DNA of 64,000 nucleotides. Origin: the human T2T-CHM13v2.0 reference genome, Homo sapiens. The notes under the pieces are model-generated. The model had not been told where the DNA came from. It did no database searches and saw only the letters and a program-made list of their open reading frames with translations. Made by a program: the position numbers and the translations under genes. Numbering within the stretch: the first letter of the stretch is position 1; the number at the start of each line of letters is the position of its first letter. This document shows positions 60,754 to 64,000 of the stretch, piece after piece. The DNA lies in the NCBI RefSeq assembly GCF_009914755.1, contig NC_060931.1; one strand, given 5' to 3'.

Positions 60754-61933
60754 CCTGATGTGTCTATCAGCTCTGAATCTGGTTTTTCAAGTGGCTTGGG
60801 TGGGTCTGCATATGAATTTGACCAACCTCTGCGCGCGCTCCTGGGAGCGCGCATCTGTGTGTGGTCCAGGGAGCAAACCGCGTTTGTGAATGGATGATTG
60901 ATGGGAACAGCGCCCAGGGGCAGCAGGTGGAGACGGGAACCCAGGTCGCGGTCACTGGTCAACCCGCCTCTTGGGGTGGAGGTTAGAGAAATGGGCGCTG
61001 GGATTTGGCCCCGGCCAGTGCTGGGGTTCCAGGGTAGGGAGAGCCGTGGGCGCCAGACTGGGCTGCGGGAGGTCTTCGGGGTCAGATCCCGCAGGCAGCC
61101 AAGAGCGAGCCAAAGAAACAAAGCCGCCGAGGGACGCGGCTGGGGCGGAGGCCCGGAGGGAAGTGGAGGCCGGGAAGCCAGGTGTGCGGCGGGGAGAGCG
61201 GCCCCTGCCACCCGCGCTGGTAGCCGGGCGCTGCCATTCACTGCAAGGTCCTCTGCGCCCTGGAATTGCCGCGGCGGCGGATGCAGAGGCCAACCCAGAG
61301 TGCAACCATGGAGACGCGACGTGTGTCCCATAGTAACCTGTTACAACATTATTTATAAGCTGCCATCCCTAGCCTTCCCCCGCTTCCCCTCCGCTCCCTC
61401 GCCAGACTTGCGGGCGACGGGCACAGCCGCGTCTGGCTCTTCCCGGCCTCTCCCTTCTCTCGCGGGCGCAGCCGATCAATAGTTAACACCCGGCTGCGGA
61501 CGGCGGCTCCATCCGCGGCAATCACCGTAGTGCTTGTTTGTGGAAGCCGAGCGTGCGTGCGCCGCGCGCGCACCCAGTCCAGCGCGGAGTGGGCGTCTAC
61601 CCGAGGAGGGGTGTCTGGGGAGGGGCTGCCCTCGTTACCCAAACAGTTTGCGCTCGCTTAACCTTGATGCAGCTCGAGGCTTCCCAGTCCAGCTCAGTTC
61701 AGACAGAAAACCTGGCGCGCGCGCGCGCACACACACACGCCTCCCCTGGCGTCGCCGCCCGGCCGGGTCCCTGCCCTTAGGGACCAGAGCGGCGACCGCT
61801 GCACCCCGCACCGCCTGCTGGAGGAGCCCCCGGAGCCGGGGCCGAGCCGCCGGCGTCCCCGAGTGCGCCCCCTGTGCGTGCCGCCGCGCTGTTGCTCGCA
61901 GTGTGCTGGCGCCGAGCTCGGTGGACACGCGCG

Positions 61934-62282
61934 CAGTCAGAGCTGCCTCTCGCCCTCGCTAGCTGGGCTCGCAGCCTCTTCCTCCCTCCCTGGCTCCTGG
62001 CTTTTTGTTTAAAGCAACACCCACCCTCCATCCAGGCTTTTTTTCTTTCTTTCTTTATTGGTAGCGGCCAAAAAGAGTTGATTGCTATTGGGATCCGCTG
62101 AGTAAAGACACGGGCAGGGGTGCGCGGAGGTGAGAAAACTGAAGACCTGGAAGATTTTTTTTTCCTTCAAAAACCCGTTTCCATCCAGTCTTCAGCCAGT
62201 CCAGTCTACTTTAATCCTCACCAGGACAATGGATTAAGTTTCTCTTCCCTGGACCAGAAGTCGGGTTCGGACTTGGGGCAAA
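61934..62282 (+). other. DPP6: Probable 5'UTR of DPP6 exon 1K (TSS approximate)
   Basis: Contiguous with the start codon; the 5' boundary is a guess at an Inr-like GCAGTC and cannot be fixed from sequence. Confidence 0.55.
62229..62237 (+). promoter_or_regulatory. Minimal upstream ORF (Met-Asp-stop)
   Basis: ACAATGGATTAA: A at -3, G at +4; the only ATG in the probable 5'UTR; ends 45 nt before the main ATG. Confidence 0.7.
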
Positions 62283-62333
62283 ATGAAGGAAAAGGCCATG
62301 ATCAAGACCGCTAAGATGCAGGGGAACGTGATG
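62283..62333 (+). CDS. DPP6: Dipeptidyl peptidase-like protein 6 (Kv4 auxiliary subunit), isoform-K first coding exon, 17 codons
   Basis: MKEKAMIKTAKMQGNVM is the N-terminus I recall for DPP6K/DPPX-K; followed by a canonical phase-0 donor ATG|GTGAGT (62334-62339); the common exon 2 (ELVGSNPPQ...) is outside the window. Confidence 0.93.
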
Positions 62334-63304
62334 GTGAGTGCCACGGACAGGGCGCGCGCTGGGTCGGGGGGACCCACCGTGAGGAGCGATGCTGGGGGAG
62401 GTCTGTCCTTCTCAGTCCCGAACCTCCCTGGAAGGACAGCGACCCCATGCCCGCGCGCGGCGGCGCTTCTCCCACTTCCCACCCGAGCCCACCCAGCGGC
62501 AGGGGGATGCGGAGGAGCAGGCATTTCTTTGCAAATTGCAACTTTGCGGCTCCGCGGCCCCTCTCCTTCGGGCATGTGGCTTTGTGTTTTGGGCGCGGGA
62601 TGGGAGGAAGGGGCTGCGGGGAGCCCTCGCTGACCGCGGGTCGGTCCGAGCCCCAAGCAGACCCCCAGGGCTCTTCTGGGGAAACGCGGGGAGAGGTGGT
62701 CACTTCGGCCAGGGAAGGGCCACTGGGCCCTGGCGCCCGCGCCGGCCTCGGTGCTCCGAGTCCCCGGAACTCGAGACCTGTTGGGTCTGCGGAGCCTTCG
62801 GTGCTCTCGGGGCAGGCGCCAGTCGCTCCGCTCCGTTCCAGACGCCGCCGCCGGGCGGGACCCTGCTCCCTGGATTGGGGACGCTGACTCCCCCAAAAGC
62901 TTGACTGTGCCGGAGGAGGTCAGGGGCACTTCGTCCCCCAGGAGGGCCGCGTGCCTGGAAACGCGGCTGGTCCGCGGAAGGCTCCGGGCAGCTGGCCAGG
63001 GGACAGTTCTGCACGGATAACTTTCTAAGTGGAGGACCCGGCGATCCGCCTCCCCAGCGAGCCCACCCGCCTCGCCGCTCCCCGCTGACCCGCGCGGCCT
63101 GGGCGCGCCTGCTCTCGGGCTCACGTTAGTCCGGGGCACGGGGCCGAGGGGTCAGGGCGCTGGAGTCTCTGGCGAGGACGAGAGAGTTGCCATCTTGTTC
63201 TGTTGAAATTGTTTGTGTGCCTTCGTGTGTTTATTTTAACCCATTAGGTCATGGTCTGAGAAGAATCCTCTGACGGTCCCTTATTTTAAGTTGCTGGCTG
63301 GCAC

Positions 63305-63328
63305 TTTTTTTTTTTTTTTTTTTTTTTG
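63305..63328. repeat. T24 mononucleotide run in intron 1
   Basis: Pure T tract. Confidence 0.95.
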
Positions 63329-64000
63329 GCGACAGACAAGGAGATGGGGATTGCCTTGCTACTTTTGAAGGTTCTGCAGATTTGCAGATGCTACTTTTGA
63401 GGGTTCCGTAAGAATTGAAGAAATTCTTTCAGGGGCAAGGTCCAGAGTTGTTTACAGAAGTGGGTTGGGTCCAAGTGATGGGGGTGCAGAGGCACCTTTG
63501 CGGGAACCCAGGCAGTGGTGCATTTTGAGATCTCGCTTTAAGCAAAACAGGCAATAAGTGAAAAATTCTACATTAATTGAACAAATACCCAGCTGGCTTA
63601 ACCACACCCACGGCAGACACCTGTTGCCTGGCAGAGAGAAGCGCCGTGGGTTCAGAACTTGACTCTGGACGGAGGTGTGAGTCTCTGGGTTCAAGACACC
63701 TCGCAGGGAAGTAATCGCCGCATGGAGGGGCTTACTCTTCAGGACCCTCCCCACTCCCGAGACGACAAGCCCCCATCTAGGGGCGGTTCGCAGTCCTCGG
63801 TCCGTGGGTTCTCTGACTGACCTAATTGCTTGTTTATGAAAATGCATCTGCTTCCCTCATTTTTCCCACTCTTTTTCTTTTTTAGCCATTGTGTTGTTCA
63901 GCATAATTTCTTGCATAAACAGGATAGAAACGTGTATGGAGTAATGCTTTTTCATTAAATGCCCAACCACATCCATCATTCCTAACTTACGTGATGCCAT

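Larger units (their letters stand above)
60820..63200 (+). promoter_or_regulatory. DPP6: CpG island promoter of DPP6 exon 1K
   Basis: Abrupt switch to high GC and dense CpG; GC boxes (GGGGCGGAGG); surrounds the first coding exon. Confidence 0.92.

Noticed and set aside
60606-63139. Many long Arg/Pro/Gly/Ala-rich ORFs (up to 301 aa), including the 116-aa read-through of the DPP6 ATG
   Set aside because: Expected in stop-poor GC-rich DNA; the real coding part ends at the GTGAGT donor after codon 17.

Overview
Human (primate) genomic DNA, about 62 kb of repeat-dense non-coding sequence followed by a CpG island (~60.8-63.2 kb). The island contains the first coding exon of the DPP6 'K' isoform (MKEKAMIKTAKMQGNVM, then a GTGAGT donor; + strand, 62283-62333). 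That places the window at the DPP6 locus (7q36.2), recognised from memory of the protein rather than by a search. No other host protein-coding exon is supported: the long ORFs in the track come from L1 elements, an ERV env remnant, Alus, simple repeats or GC-rich sequence. Mobile elements include a full-length, disrupted ~6.15-kb L1PA (about PA4, minus strand, 17-bp TSD), three twin-primed 5'-inverted L1s, ten Alus, a MER11D-type HERV-K LTR with an env remnant nested in a MER58 transposon, a solo LTR22, several MaLR LTRs, DNA transposons and old L1M/L2/MIR debris. There is no CRISPR array, tRNA or rRNA, and I see no new multi-gene system. The most unusual observations are: (1) a 67-nt MER41-LTR R-region-only retrocopy with a 5' hairpin, AATAAA, A-tail and TSDs, i.e. 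a SINE-like mini-element; (2) an ERV that appears to have integrated already truncated; (3) an L1 antisense promoter/ORF0 pointing into DPP6; (4) a strong-context minimal uORF and an RE1-like site at exon 1K; (5) a perfect HNF1 palindrome; (6) microsatellites born inside Alu TSDs. Repeat subfamily names are by-eye calls and need RepeatMasker/Dfam confirmation.
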